From the human T2T-CHM13v2.0 reference genome, Homo sapiens, in NCBI RefSeq assembly GCF_009914755.1, contig NC_060947.1: 64,000 nt of DNA. The stretch is one strand, 5' to 3'. A program made the translations under genes and the position numbers. Below, piece after piece: positions 21,830 to 41,289 of this stretch. The notes below the pieces were generated by a model. That model searched no databases, was not told the DNA's origin, and saw only the letters and a list, made by a program, of their open reading frames with translations. Each line of letters starts with the position of its first letter. Position 1 is the first letter of the stretch.

Positions 21830-22125
21830 GCCAGCTTCCGCGGAGTTTGTGCCCGGGCTTCCCGGGCTCTGGCCGCCTCACGCGCACAAATGGGGCTAGG
21901 GGACTGAGTGGTAAGCAACTCCGAGTGTTAGACGGTGATCGGGCGGCGATTCCGGGAAAAGCGAGGAAAGACACAGTCTGCGATTGTGCCGCACCCCCCA
22001 CCCACCTCTTAGCATCTGGATTCTGCTCTCGTAGTGGGGGCCGCGGACCCTCCCCGCCACAGTCCTTTTACTCTCCAGCACTCCCACCGCCTTCCCCCTT
22101 CTTCAGCCATCTGACTCTCCTAGGG
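21830..22125 (+). other. BCORL1: Candidate alternative non-coding first exon (start approximate)
   Basis: Follows a GC-box cluster at 21540-21660. Donors GTG|GTAAGC after 21910 and GGG|GTATGT after 22125. Confidence 0.4.
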
Positions 22126-22464
22126 GTATGTGTTTTTGGGGGTGGACGGCGACGGGGGTGGGGGATACTTTCCTTCCCGTGGCGGCAACCTAGTTCGTAT
22201 CTTATTCCTACAAGGTAGCGTCGCTTCGAGTCGCATGGACATTGGGGTTTAGATAATTTACCCCCCACCCAAGCGATTTAATGGCTTTTAAGCAAAAGGC
22301 GAATACCTGGATTTCCATGGGAGGGATGAGGTTTGAAGATTGGGATTCACCCCTAGCTCACTTCCACTACCAACCCCTCTTTCTTGTGAGCCACTTCCAC
22401 GGGTATTCAAATCTGGGGGGGAGGGGGGACGGGAGTATTAATATGCTTCTCTATTTCTACACAG

Positions 22465-22544
22465 GGTCGGCGTGGCGAAGGACGGCTAGCCTTGGAGGGA
22501 AAGTAGCCACCAGTCCAACTCGGGTCGCCCCCACCATTATTTCG
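22465..22544 (+). other. BCORL1: Candidate 80-nt internal 5'UTR exon
   Basis: Acceptor cttctctatttctacacag|22465 and donor TCG|GTGAGG after 22544. Confidence 0.45.
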
Positions 22545-23277
22545 GTGAGGGGGCAACGCTAAGAAGGGGATACTGGTGGGTAGGGGCCCAGTATAAGGGA
22601 GGGGGCTGGGTAGTCGTCCCCAGAAGGACTCCGTGTCTTGGCGGGGAGAGAGAGAGGCGAGCCCCGGCTTCAGGGGAGGGGTTCCGGGGAGGGAGATGGG
22701 GGGGTGGCGACGACGGTGGGGGGGGGAGCGGGAAGAAGGGGGAGTCACGCCCTGCCTGCAAGGGGAGCCTCCCTCAGGCCCCTGGGAGAAGGGGACTGAA
22801 TGCGTCTGTTCTCCGCTGCCCGGCAGAGGAGATCTGGGGTCTCGAGATTTGCACACTGGATCGGCACCAGTGGCCTGAGAAAGTCAGGTCGGGGCATAAG
22901 GTGGAGAACGTTGGAAGAAAGAGAGAGAACCCTTTGGCCGCGGCTCACTGACCCTCTCCCTTCCTCAACCTCCCCCTTCGAGGGGCGTCGAGGTGGGGGG
23001 GGACGTGGGGCTCCTGCAGCCCCGCAGATTGAGCGCCTCCGCCTCTCCCAGGAGTCTAGCTTTTTGCCCGGCTTGCTGCAGCCACTGCTGCCTCCCTCTC
23101 CGGAATCCGCTCGGTCCTCTCAGCGATCCCCTCCTCCTCTCCTCCCCTCCCAGTGTCACCGGGGCTGCTTGGCTCTGCCCCCTTCGCCGCCGCTTGCTCC
23201 CTGCTTTCGTCCCTCCCTCTCTTGCTCGCTCCCTCCCTTCGCCTCCTCCTCCCCATTCCCCCCCACCCGCGTAGGCC

Positions 23278-23298
23278 GCATTCTGGGAGTTGTAGTCC
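23278..23298 (-). promoter_or_regulatory. ZNF143 (SBS)/THAP11 ACTACA composite motif
   Basis: gcattctgggagttgtagtcc; reverse complement GGACTACAACTCCCAGAATGC matches ACTACAnnTCCCAnnnTGC. It lies ~100-150 bp upstream of a candidate first exon. Confidence 0.85.
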
Positions 23299-23399
23299 GG
23301 TGGAGCGGGGGTTGGCGCCGCCCGCGGACCCAGCCGGACTCCACTTCCCGTCGAGCCCTGCGACCGGCACCCACTCCACCAGGCTTCGCTCGCACACAG

Positions 23400-23682
23400 A
23401 CACACACACACACCGCTCTCCCCCTCACTCTTTCGCTCGCCGCGGCTGCTGCCAGTGTGTGGCTCTGTCTCTCCTCCGCTTTGCTGAGCCCTCCCTTCTT
23501 CCTCTCAGTTCCTAGAGTCCGACCGCCGCCGCCGCCGAGAGAGAGGAGAAGGAGGTCGGTGGCGATAAGGGGCGGAGGGGGGCATCAGATCGGGGCAGTA
23601 TTAGGCGGGTGGCGGTTAAGAGGGAGTAAGAGGGAGCCCGGGTGGCGGCCTGAGCCTCCCCGCGGAGCCGACCCGGGAACAG
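23400..23682 (+). other. BCORL1: Candidate non-coding first exon of BCORL1 (start approximate)
   Basis: Downstream of ZNF143 and ETS-like motifs, ATG-free, contains (CCG)n, ends at donor CAG|GTGCGT. Confidence 0.65.
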
Positions 23683-24360
23683 GTGCGTCTTTTTTCTCTC
23701 TCCCCCAATCCCTCCACCCCTTTTGACTCCCCGGCTTTTTCGTATCCCCCCACCCGCTTCTTTCTATCTTAAGCCTTTCTCCAACCCTGTTCCTTCTTTT
23801 CCCTGCGGCCGCTCGGCTTGCCCCCCGGGGGCGCCGTCCTCTTCGTGTCCCCGGACGTAGCGCTCCCTGGAGCTGGGTATGTCTTCGCCCCTCCCTTCGG
23901 GACAGCTCCCTTCCACTTCCCACCTTCGTACCCCATCCCCTGACTTGCCCTACCCCCTTCTCGACCCCCTTCTCTCTTAGCCAGGTGAGACTCGTTCGCC
24001 ACGATCCAAGAGAGTCTTCTTCCCGGCTGGGCGGGGGTCTCCATGGAAACGGGGGTCGGTTGATCCTGGGGGGGAAACCATAGGAATTACCCCACTCCTC
24101 GGAAAGGGAGGTGGAGGCTATGGTCTTGTTAACTACCTGACTCCAACCCCCGATCCAAGGATCCGACGATCCGAAGGGAGGCTGGCTAGCAGGGCAGGGC
24201 GAGAAAAGGCTTTTTTTTGGGGGGGGGGGGGTGTCCGTGATGAAGTGTTGAAGAGACCGGGAGAAAATGCCCTCCAACCTCAGAGGGGAGGTGCGACGGG
24301 TGCTCTTCAGGGCTGCTTTCTTCCCGGCGCTGGGGTGCGGGAATCGTAGGGTAAGGGGTA

Positions 24361-24374
24361 CCCCTAGGTGGCGG
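24361..24374 (+). promoter_or_regulatory. Possible CTCF motif
   Basis: CCCCTAGGTGGCGG fits the CCNCYAGRKGGCRS core; motif match only. Confidence 0.35.
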
Positions 24375-24952
24375 CGGGGCCTGGGTTCGGGAGTGGGAGT
24401 GCTGTGATGGGGGCAGGGGCAATTATCCGAGTCCCTGGAAAAAAGGCGGGGGATGACTTCGGAGCGCCCTGGCTCCGCTGCCCTCGCTCTAGGGGCGGGG
24501 GCCGCCGGGCCGGGCGCGGCGGGGAGGGGGCTTAAATTGAAGGAAGATGAGATCGGGGGCAATTCATACTAGCACCGGCAAGCCAGAGGGGAGATCCGGC
24601 GTGCAAGCCCTCCACCCGCTTCGCGCCAGGCCTGGAGGCAAGGGGTCGGCGAGCGAAGCCGAGGGCTGGAAGGAGGGAGGCTCCGGTTACGGGGCCGGGT
24701 TTCGGGATCAGGGGCAATCCCCCGGCCCTTGGAGAAGGAGGGAGAGGGATGGCCGCGAACCCCAGGGCTCCCCCACCCCGGGTCCTAAGGGGCGTGAGGA
24801 ACGGACAGCAGGCCCAGCGGAGCTGGATTCGAGCGGATCGCGGCCGGGGAGTGGGAGGGCTTAGTGGTGGGCTTCGGGGGGAGCAGTCCGGCGGCGGGGC
24901 GGGCGGGCGGGGCGTGGGGCTCCGGCGGGCGGCGGGGCGGGGCCGGGGCGGC

Positions 24953-25036
24953 GCTGCTGCCGCCGCCGCTGCCGCCGCCGCCGCTGCTGCTCCTGCTGGG
25001 GCCGCCGCAGCCGTTGCCGCCGCCGCCGCCGCCGCT
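24953..25036 (+). repeat. Interrupted GCN (GCC/GCT) trinucleotide repeat, 28 triplets
   Basis: gct gct gcc gcc gcc gct gcc gcc gcc gcc gct gct gct cct gct ggg gcc gcc gca gcc gtt (gcc)6 gct. Confidence 0.95.
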
Positions 25037-26639
25037 TCTGGGCGGGGAACGGAGGCCAAAGAGAGTCCCGTGCCGGGGCAGAGGGCGCAGGCGGCGCGCG
25101 GTGGGGAGGGGGCCGTCCTGGGGGCGGGGGCAGGCGGGGGGGTGGAGCCCCCGACGGGGGGCGGTACGAGCCGGGACGACGACGACGAGGAGCCCCGGGG
25201 GCCGGGTGCATGGAGGACGAGGTGCTGGGAGAAGGAAGGGGGGTGTGGGTCCCGCGACTGGCCTCGTGGGCTTGGCTCCTCGAGGTTCGGTTTCGGGACA
25301 GAGCCCTGCAGGGGCGCCAAGAGGCCGGGGAAGGGATAGGGAGGTGAACTGGTCGGTGGAGGGGGCCCTCCTCGCCGGGGTCCCGCCGAGAGGAAGGCTG
25401 GGCCAGAGGGACGTCCGGGGCAAGGCTGGGAGGAGCCGGCCGCACCTCGGCTGGGGATTTCGCGTTATGGAGGTGCGGGAGATTGTTGTAGGGAAAGACG
25501 TGGTCGAGGGGAAAGGTGGGAGGGAAACACTGCAAACCCGGGAGGCCAACAGCACAGGCCCGTGGGGGTGCCCTTCTATTCCGCTCGCACCTCCTCCCTC
25601 CCTGAGTGGAAGCACTATGTTTTTGTTTTATTGTTTTGAAATTTTCAATGTTGGCTGATCGAAACTGTCGATGGGGTGATATTCATTCTTGGTGTCTCCT
25701 GGAGTAGACAGTAAAGACAGGCATCCTTTGGCGAGCAAGCATCTAGCCCAGGGTTTAGAGGCTCTTTACGTTAGTGTGGGAAGGGGGCCCGGTAACTTTG
25801 TGCCACAGCTTGACTACTGTTAAGGCAGTTTGGAGGTCGTCCCTGTGGTACAGAGGTGGAGTACAATTGCAAAAATCTTCAGTAAGACTTCTGGAGATGA
25901 GTTGTAGGTTAGCGTTACAGTGGTTAGCCCTGTGGTTCTTTCAACTTAGAAGGCTCTTTCTCAAAAGCACGCCGTTGAGTTACATGGGAAAATAAATGTG
26001 GATTGCATTTGGGGTTGGGAGTGGATTAGGTTGATTATAAAATTTCAAGGTTGGAAGGGAGTTTTAAGGTTATTTACTTTTCTGTTGATATGTCCTGTCC
26101 TTGAATGTTGGAATTGAGGGAGCTTTATTTTGGGGAAGATGGTAGATGGCACAGTGGAGGATGTCTGGTGCACAGTTTAGGGTACTTTAATTGAATGGTG
26201 ATGTCACCATGTGGTACTAAAGATGACAGTATGTAGGAGAGAAATTTGGGGGATTCCACTGGGGATTAAATGGGATAACCTAATTTTAAGAATCATCCCG
26301 GGGCTCCAAATAGAAGCAAAAGGCTGGGGAGGAGCCTGTAAAATTTCGATGGAGGCGAAAAGTTAGTAGCAAAGATTGAGGTAGCTGGGAAGAGCAAGGG
26401 GCTTGGTGAGTCAAGTTAAGAGAATCTGAAGGTTGATAGTAGAGTTTAGGGATGTGGCCATCTTGACTAAGTCATGAGGATGTTGTTAGGCGGACATCTT
26501 TTGACAGGGCAACTTAGGCAACTGCCCTTGGGGCAGATGTGAGGGATGAAAGGTACAGGCCTTGGGGCACAGATCCTGACTAAAATTGACCTTAAGAGGG
26601 CTGATCCTGATACCAGCTTTGCAACAAGGGTGGTTAGGT

Positions 26640-26896
<257 letters not shown>

Positions 26897-27240
26897 TTTA
26901 TTTTTGTCCTGGCTGTAAGTCATTGATGAGGAAGGAGAGGGGTTTCACCTCTCCCTTGTCTGAGTTCAGGAGGATTTTTAAAAAATTTTTTTAGAATAGG
27001 CCAATAAGGAAGGGACAGCAAATTTTTAGAAAAGGCCAATAAGGAAGGGACAGCAAAACAAATCGTTGGCATAGGGCAGAGAAAAGCTAAGGCCCTGGCA
27101 AGCTCTGCTGCTGGAGTCTGCATAGGGCAGAGTGGAGGGAGTTCCACAAGACATGATGGCTGCACCAAAAACACTCATGTGGGTCTGGCTATTTTGATTT
27201 GCCAGGAAAGCGTAGATAAAGAGGGAGGATCCCTTTCTCA

Positions 27241-27685
<445 letters not shown>

Positions 27686-29804
27686 TCAGGACACTATTGG
27701 TTGGATTATGGGTTGTAGGGAAGGGCTTCTTTGAGAGAAACAGAATTATGGGAAAAAAGGACTTGGACACTAGAGGGAAGGAAGGCAAGAAAGAGAAGTC
27801 AGGAAGAGGGCTGGTTGAGCAATGAAAGGAAAAGAAAGGTGATCATCACTGGTCCCATGTAAGGGCCAGCTAAGGAAAAAGTCAAACCTTGAAATCTCTA
27901 GGACAATGTTTTCCAAAGTAAACTTTGAAGAACTCTTAAAGCTCTTTACAATTTCATGCTGGAATCACTAAGGTTGGGGCAAGAGAGAAGGAATATATGG
28001 GGTAAAAGTAGGGTGGGGGAGAAACTGGCATTTAGAGAGAAATACAAGCATATTTATCCATAAGGAAATAGGGAACTTAGAGATTATATACAGGTTAAAA
28101 TGCAGAATGTGAGAGAAAAAGAGAGGAATTAAGAGCCAAAGGAGGAAGATATTTACTCAGATATCTTTTGGAGCCGGTGTTAGGGAGCGGAAAATCTTGC
28201 CTTTGATAGCCACTGCCCTGAGAGGGCCCAGGAAGCAGAGGTTAGCTGGGATCCAGGCCTTACACATCTAAACATTAATTAGAAAATCTAGACTAAAGTA
28301 AGGATACTGAATGGGGGGAGGGATTCACTGTCCTAAATAGAGTGGCATTGAAAGAAGGAAAAAGTGGGAATCCACCAGTGTTTCCAGTCTGCAGGTGGGA
28401 AGGATCCTAGGTATCAGGAGATGAGTGATGGAAATTCCAGGGTGAAACTGGATAAAAAACTGAGTGACATGAGAGCCTGTGGGCCAGAATTGGAGGGTGG
28501 GGTTAGGGGCATGGAAGAGAGGCTCTAATCAGGGCTTGGACTGGAGGCCACATGGAGTAATTCATTGATTCTGGGCTGAGCTAAGCTTGGGATGAAATAG
28601 AACAGCCAAAGAGAGTAGAGAGCTGTTCTTCAGGGCCAATCAGCATCAGAATCAGAGTGAAGAAATTCGAGGTCAAGTTTGGGTGGGAAAGTGAACACCG
28701 GAGTGGAACAGAGAGGGTGCTGGAGAAAGTGACACAATTGTTGGGGTAGAATAGGAAAAGGTAGAAGCCACTGATGATTACATAACCCAGAGGGAAGACC
28801 CTAGGCCTTTGAGTTTTCAAAGAGAAGGGAAGTTTCTTAATGCTGGAGTTTGAATTAGGTGTGAGTCCATGGTTGCCAGAGTGTTTAGTGTCAGGATGGC
28901 CAAAGAGGGAGGTAATATCTACTTTTCGGCCACTAGGATGCTAGTACAGTATTTGATATAATTTTACATATGAACTAGGCTTTATTAATGCCCATTTTTG
29001 AATGGTTATCCTTAAAATAATGTAGAAATGGTTCTTTTTCTAAATTAAATCATTCCCTTTCCCACTGTTCATAACTTAAAAGCAATCTTTTATGATGAGA
29101 ACTTTCTTTGGCGAACTGAAGTTTCATTCTGGTCAAGAGTAAAATTTAACTCTGTGTTTCTATCCCCGTAATTCAAATATGCTGTTCTAGTTTTCTTTTT
29201 TATTCTAAGCAGAAGTGACCTTTTCCCCATAAAACATAAAAAAGGATCTTTTTTTTAAAAAAAAAAAGTAACTGAGTAACTGCAGGCTGCATGTCAAGGT
29301 CATATTTTCCCTGGTCAATGAATTATGATGAATTTGAATACAGCTGATATATTATTTGTAAAATGTGGTAATTTTCAGATTTACTCATCACAGTATGTGA
29401 GGCAGGATACCTCTTCATTTGTATTTTAAGAAAACCTTAAGCTGAAGGTCCGTGAGGAATCCAGAGTACCAAGGAGCAGGGAAAGCTTTGTGTTTTGGGC
29501 TTCTTTACCGTGGGTCTGCTGAGAAACAAAATTTGGTTACCTCATTACTAAGGTATGCCTAGAAATCATAGTGTTAGTGCCATTTAAGGGTACTGTTGAG
29601 TTTTGTTATAATGCTGATGTCCAGGGACAAGGAGAACAAGCAGATTTTTGCTTTTCCAAGTTTTGTGGAGAAGTGCACCGTATATGACTATGATCGCAGA
29701 GGTGAGTTGATGCACTGTATACCTGAATCCATGAGATGATTATCTTCTGATAATGAGGCTTTACTCAGTTTAACTTGGTTGTACCACACCCCAGTTAGTA
29801 TAGT

Positions 29805-31367
<1,563 letters not shown>

Positions 31368-31699
31368 CTATTATGTTATAGTAAACATGGTGGCAGCATG
31401 AAAACTATCAACAGCTTCTCAGTGGTCCCCTTATATCTTGATTCTCTGTCCTCTTTCTTCATATTCCTGTTGTATTAGTACACATTTGGCATTTACAACA
31501 TGCTAGGAAGAAAGCTTGACTCATCACTGCATCTACCTTTGAGGTGGAAGTGGCGGCTTCTTTAACAGCTATGCTGTAACACTGCTCAATAGTTCAGGAC
31601 AGGAACTGAGGAGTGTATATCCAGTTGAAACTCTAGGGAACATTTCGGGCCATGGGTGACATTTTTAAAAACCATTGCTTTCTGAAAAGGGCTGTTGTG

Positions 31700-33250
<1,551 letters not shown>

Positions 33251-33470
33251 AACAACAACAAACTCTTTGAGCTAATACTGTTTAATGAAAGCTGTATAGA
33301 TACACCTTTGAATGAATAATATATATAAAATTAGTTGAACCCATAGCTGAGTCTGTTCTGTTGTGAGAAAATAGAAAGAATAACCTGATAATGGTCTCTC
33401 CAAATATTTGTGTTATGTAGTCCAGGAGACTTTTATAAAAGCAAAAGTTGGGTGAGGAAGAATTGTCTTT

Positions 33471-33652
33471 TTTAAAACCATATATATATATTTAGAGACC
33501 GGGTTATGAGACTGGCTAATTTTTGTATTTTTTGTAGAGACGGGGTTTCACCATGTTGCCAAGGCTGGTCTGGAACTCCTGGGCTTAAGTGATCTGTCTG
33601 CCTCGGCCTCTCAGTGTTGGGATTACAGGTGTGAGCCAGTGCGCCCAGCTAG
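33471..33652 (-). mobile_element. Short Alu variant (left arm plus atypical short 3' end) with TSD GAATTGTCTTT
   Basis: Direct repeats at 33460-33470 and 33653-33663. Confidence 0.85.
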
Positions 33653-34198
33653 GAATTGTCTTTAGGTGAAAAATTGCGTATCATGAATATAGTATACTGA
33701 AATGGAGACACCAGAGGGCCACTGTCACAGTCTATGGCAGGCAGGACCCAGAAGCATCTCAAAAGGGATTCAGAATGTCTCATATTACAATGATTCAAGT
33801 TTAGAGTGTGAAAAACACACTAAATATTTATATGGTCCTGCTGAAGACCAAGATTGAGGGAAGCCAATTTGTGTTTTTGTTCTAGCGGAAATTAGAAGTA
33901 CTCAAAAAATGACCCTAGATATTTAGGGTGACATTTTGAGGTTGCTTTGCCTTTTGAAAGGACTGATTAATTTCACAATGATCACTTAAGTTTTGCGTGA
34001 CATCTAGAAGTTGTATAAAATCTTGTAGCTAGAGCCGAGGTTTATTATAAAGCTATGATGAGGTGTTTTTGTTAAATGGAGTAAAGTAATTTTCTTACAG
34101 CAGGAAATGGAAGTGAGTACTGTTTGAATAATAAGAAAAAAGTATCATAGCAATGGGTAGAAAGCAAAAAGAATCTGGCGGTATGAAAATGTAAGTGA

Positions 34199-34882
<684 letters not shown>

Positions 34883-35806
34883 GTCTATGGTCCTTTTCTA
34901 AGTGCTTTCATGTTATTCCAAATTTTTAGTAGGGACTAGTAGTTTATTCCCATTTTGCAGGTGACATGGTAAATGGACATAGAGAGATAGTCTGAGATGG
35001 CTGAGAAGTGGGGACTGGGAGTGTTCTCCAAGTTTTCCCACCGCAGTGTAGGCTATGGGTGCTAGAGTATATCACTTTTCAAGGCATTACTTGATTAGAT
35101 GGTTCTGTTTAATATTGCTGCTGTTTGAGTAGATTGTTCTGAATGGATTTTGGATGTTCCTAAACATCAGATCGACCCTGAAAGGATGGGTTCCAGCACT
35201 AATGAGGAGAGTGAAAAGGACGTAGTATTGGTCTGGATGCTAACGCTCACAGAGGAACTCCAGGGAGATTGCAAGCCCTGGCCGCTCGGCTGAGATGACT
35301 GTCCAGCCTCCTGAGGCGACTACTTTGGGGTAACTACATTCATTTGAATGATAAACGCTCATGTGTTTAACAGGCAGTTAACATTCCTTTGTATCCAGTC
35401 TCATAAATGTTTATAGGTAAGGTTTTAGACATGGAAGTACCCAAAGAGTCTATGAAGGGGTCCATGCTAGACCTATATGCCGGCAACTACCTAGCCTTCC
35501 CACTAAATACCAGAATTAATGTATCTGGGCAAAAGATACAATATGCCTTATAAGACTGATCCCTTGGGGTAGATATCAGTGGAAATATTTGGATAGGAAA
35601 AAAAAAATCCAGGGGAAGTAGAAAGTGTTAGAATAGATTTTTAGTCAGGCAGAAGTTTGGGATGAACAGCAGAAAGGGCTGTTCTTTCTCCTTTAAATTG
35701 CCTGGCAGATTATTTCTAGTTGATTTTGTGTGTGCAGTAGTAGAGGAACCAACTTGGCATGAAGAGAAGCAAAGTAAAGTGTTTGGGGGCATGTCTATGG
35801 GACTTC

Positions 35807-36537
<731 letters not shown>

Positions 36538-37409
36538 GAACGGTTTAAATTGGGGTAACTTCCTCATTGGGGGCAGGGGTTGTGGTATGTAATGAAGTAG
36601 GGAAAACAGGAATGTTAGTCTCCTAACACATTCTGTTGAATACACATGGAAGAAGGCAGAGTAATCAGGAGGGCAAGCTCTGTAGTAGGAGTTCCACATC
36701 TAAAGCCGGGTAAAGTTGTCCTTGCTGGGTGTGTGTACATTTTCCTATGGAAAACAATGAGCAGATTTGCCTTCACTCTAAAAGACTTCTGGGCAGAAGT
36801 CATGGCCTTTTCCCTTTAGCCCTGAGATCTCAGTGTCAGTGGTCTCTTAGATCTCCTCAGGGGTGTCTTAGATGCTGTTTTTTCCCAAGTGGAATGATGA
36901 GGTGGCCTCTCCTTTTGCTGCTGTAAAGTTTGCCTCTGTCTTATGGGAGCTTTACCAAGAGCTCTGGGTCTCTATTGGAGGAGTAGGTCCCAAAGTTGGT
37001 TTTCCTTACTTATTAGTCATCACTGACCCAGCCCTCCTCCTTAAACTGTCTGCTGGCCACGCCTATCCTCTAGAGGACAGATTCAGGGCCAGGCTTCAAG
37101 ATGAATATTTTCCGGCTCTTTCATTTTTTAAAGTCATAATTGCTTCCAGGTCACCAGGCAGTATGAACCAAAAGGAGCCTGGGGGAGCAGGACTACATTT
37201 CGTTTAACTGAGAGCTTCTTAAGCTTGGGTTTCTAGTTTACTGTCTTGATGGTAGAGTCCAAGCATGAATAAATGGGTAGGTTTCATGCTATGTGTAGAA
37301 GACCGAGTTGTGTTCCATAAGTTGAGTGTTCTGCACTTAAGGGGTCTTCAGCCACAAAGGGAACTACATGATCCTGAAGTACTTGTCAGCTGCATGAACA
37401 TCCTGATCA

Positions 37410-38626
<1,217 letters not shown>

Positions 38627-39239
38627 TCATTAGTTCCTTTTCTTTTTGGTTTCCCCTGTTCTGTAGTGTGGTGATTGTCTCTGGCTACCTACTCTTGGCT
38701 GCCCACCTGTTGGATTCATTTCCTGGGATCTTGGGTAGGCCTTTTACTTCTCTGTGCATGTGCCTCCTAAATTGAAGTTTTACATATATATATATATATA
38801 TATATGTATTTTTTTTTCCCAGCCACACTTATGGCTTTGGATTGGCAGAGCACGTGCTCTCCTTTGTCCTCACCATGAGTTGGATATATCTTTTGAGTTT
38901 TTTCCCCCAAAGTAGGGATAGCTCACAGTGGTTCCTCTGCCTTCCAGGCAGTGACCAGGGTTGATTCTTGGGCCATGCAGCTGTTCATTTCTTTAACAAT
39001 TACATGGTTGTGACATCTGGGAAAATCCTTTGAGGTATTTCATATCCTTGTGCCTGTGCTTCCTGGGTCATTTGGGATTACCAGGTTTCTTCCAAGTTCC
39101 TTTTTGGAACTTTGCTTTTGATGTGATGATTTCCATCAGAGAGAGGGAGAGTAGGCGGGGTGGTGGGGGGAGGTGGGAAGGGAGAACACATGAGTACCGG
39201 TGCTTCAAGCAAAAGCAAGCCAGCATACAAGTGTGTAAA

Positions 39240-39435
39240 CCAGCAGCGCTTACGAAGTGTGGCATGCCTGCAAGGCTTTTCCTTTTTGCTCACCTCTCCT
39301 GGGATACTAATTTGATTGGCTATAATATAATAAAACAAACCCCTAGGCCTACTGAATCAGAATCTCCAGGACTGAGACCTAGGAATCTGTATTTTGAACA
39401 AGCTCCTCGGTGATTCTGGCTGGGGAAACATTGGT
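39240..39435. mobile_element. MER5-like hAT-Charlie DNA transposon remnant
   Basis: cctactgaatcagaatctcc...aggaatctgtattttgaacaagctcc..ggtgattct is the MER5A signature. Confidence 0.75.
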
Positions 39436-40062
39436 TGACATTGACCGTCCTGACTCCTCCCTTCTGTGAGCATTCACGCAGTCAGGAGTCTGTTCTCTAG
39501 GGCCGCTTTAGAGGTTCCCTTTGCTTTCCCTCTGGCTGGGGAAGACCAATCTTGCCTTCTTGTATAGACCATGTAGCTCAGTGTCAGTGTTCTCCTGCCT
39601 GTGTTTTATCCCTCCCCTCCTCTCCTCTCATCTGCAGAGGCTACTGTTAATTAGCAACAGTGGGCTTCAGATAGGAAGTGGCGCTCCTGGGACAAAATCA
39701 TGATAGAAAATTGAGAGGCAAAGATTTAAGTGGATGCTCCATCTTGAGGATCTTGTGAAAATGGAGTTATCCAGAATCAGCGTTGCTCTCTACGTGGTCA
39801 TAACATGTGTATTATATAGTAATTATTTTGATATTTTAACTCGGTTTTATTTTTTGTGGTTTTTTTTTTTTTTTTGCCTGAAAGCTCTTTATCTAGGTGA
39901 TGTTGTATGATGTTCTGTTTCCAAATGCCAGTGTTCCCCCTCTGATTTCTGTCCCAGACCCTACATACTACTAATCCTAATCCTCTCTAAATAGAGCAAT
40001 ACGAAACCTGAGAGTGAAAAATCTAGTGTCACTAATACCTGCTGCCTATAGATATTTAGTAG

Positions 40063-41136
<1,074 letters not shown>

Positions 41137-41289
41137 AGTGTTGTTGGTTAAAATGGGGATATTCCAAGATATTCTGAGAAACAGTCAAAACTTGATTAAC
41201 CAGGATGTTCAGGGAACGGGGTCCTTGTTAAAAATATTTCTAAAATTATGCTAACCCACATAACTGTCTTCATAATGTTAAAAGATAAT

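Larger units (their letters stand above)
20300..25600. promoter_or_regulatory. BCORL1: Large CpG island / BCORL1 promoter region
   Basis: Very high GC, dense unmutated CpG, many GC boxes (GGGCGG), no Alus from ~18.3 to ~26.6 kb. Confidence 0.92.

Noticed and set aside
20375-24562. Long ORFs (up to 488 aa) on both strands of the CpG island
   Set aside because: Stop codons are scarce in GC-rich DNA. The products are Pro/Arg/Gly/Ala low complexity, many start at non-ATG codons, and none has a recognisable domain.
29091-29400. ATGATGA (C-box-like) motifs with nearby CTGA
   Set aside because: No terminal D box at snoRNA spacing and no closing stem, so not called a snoRNA.
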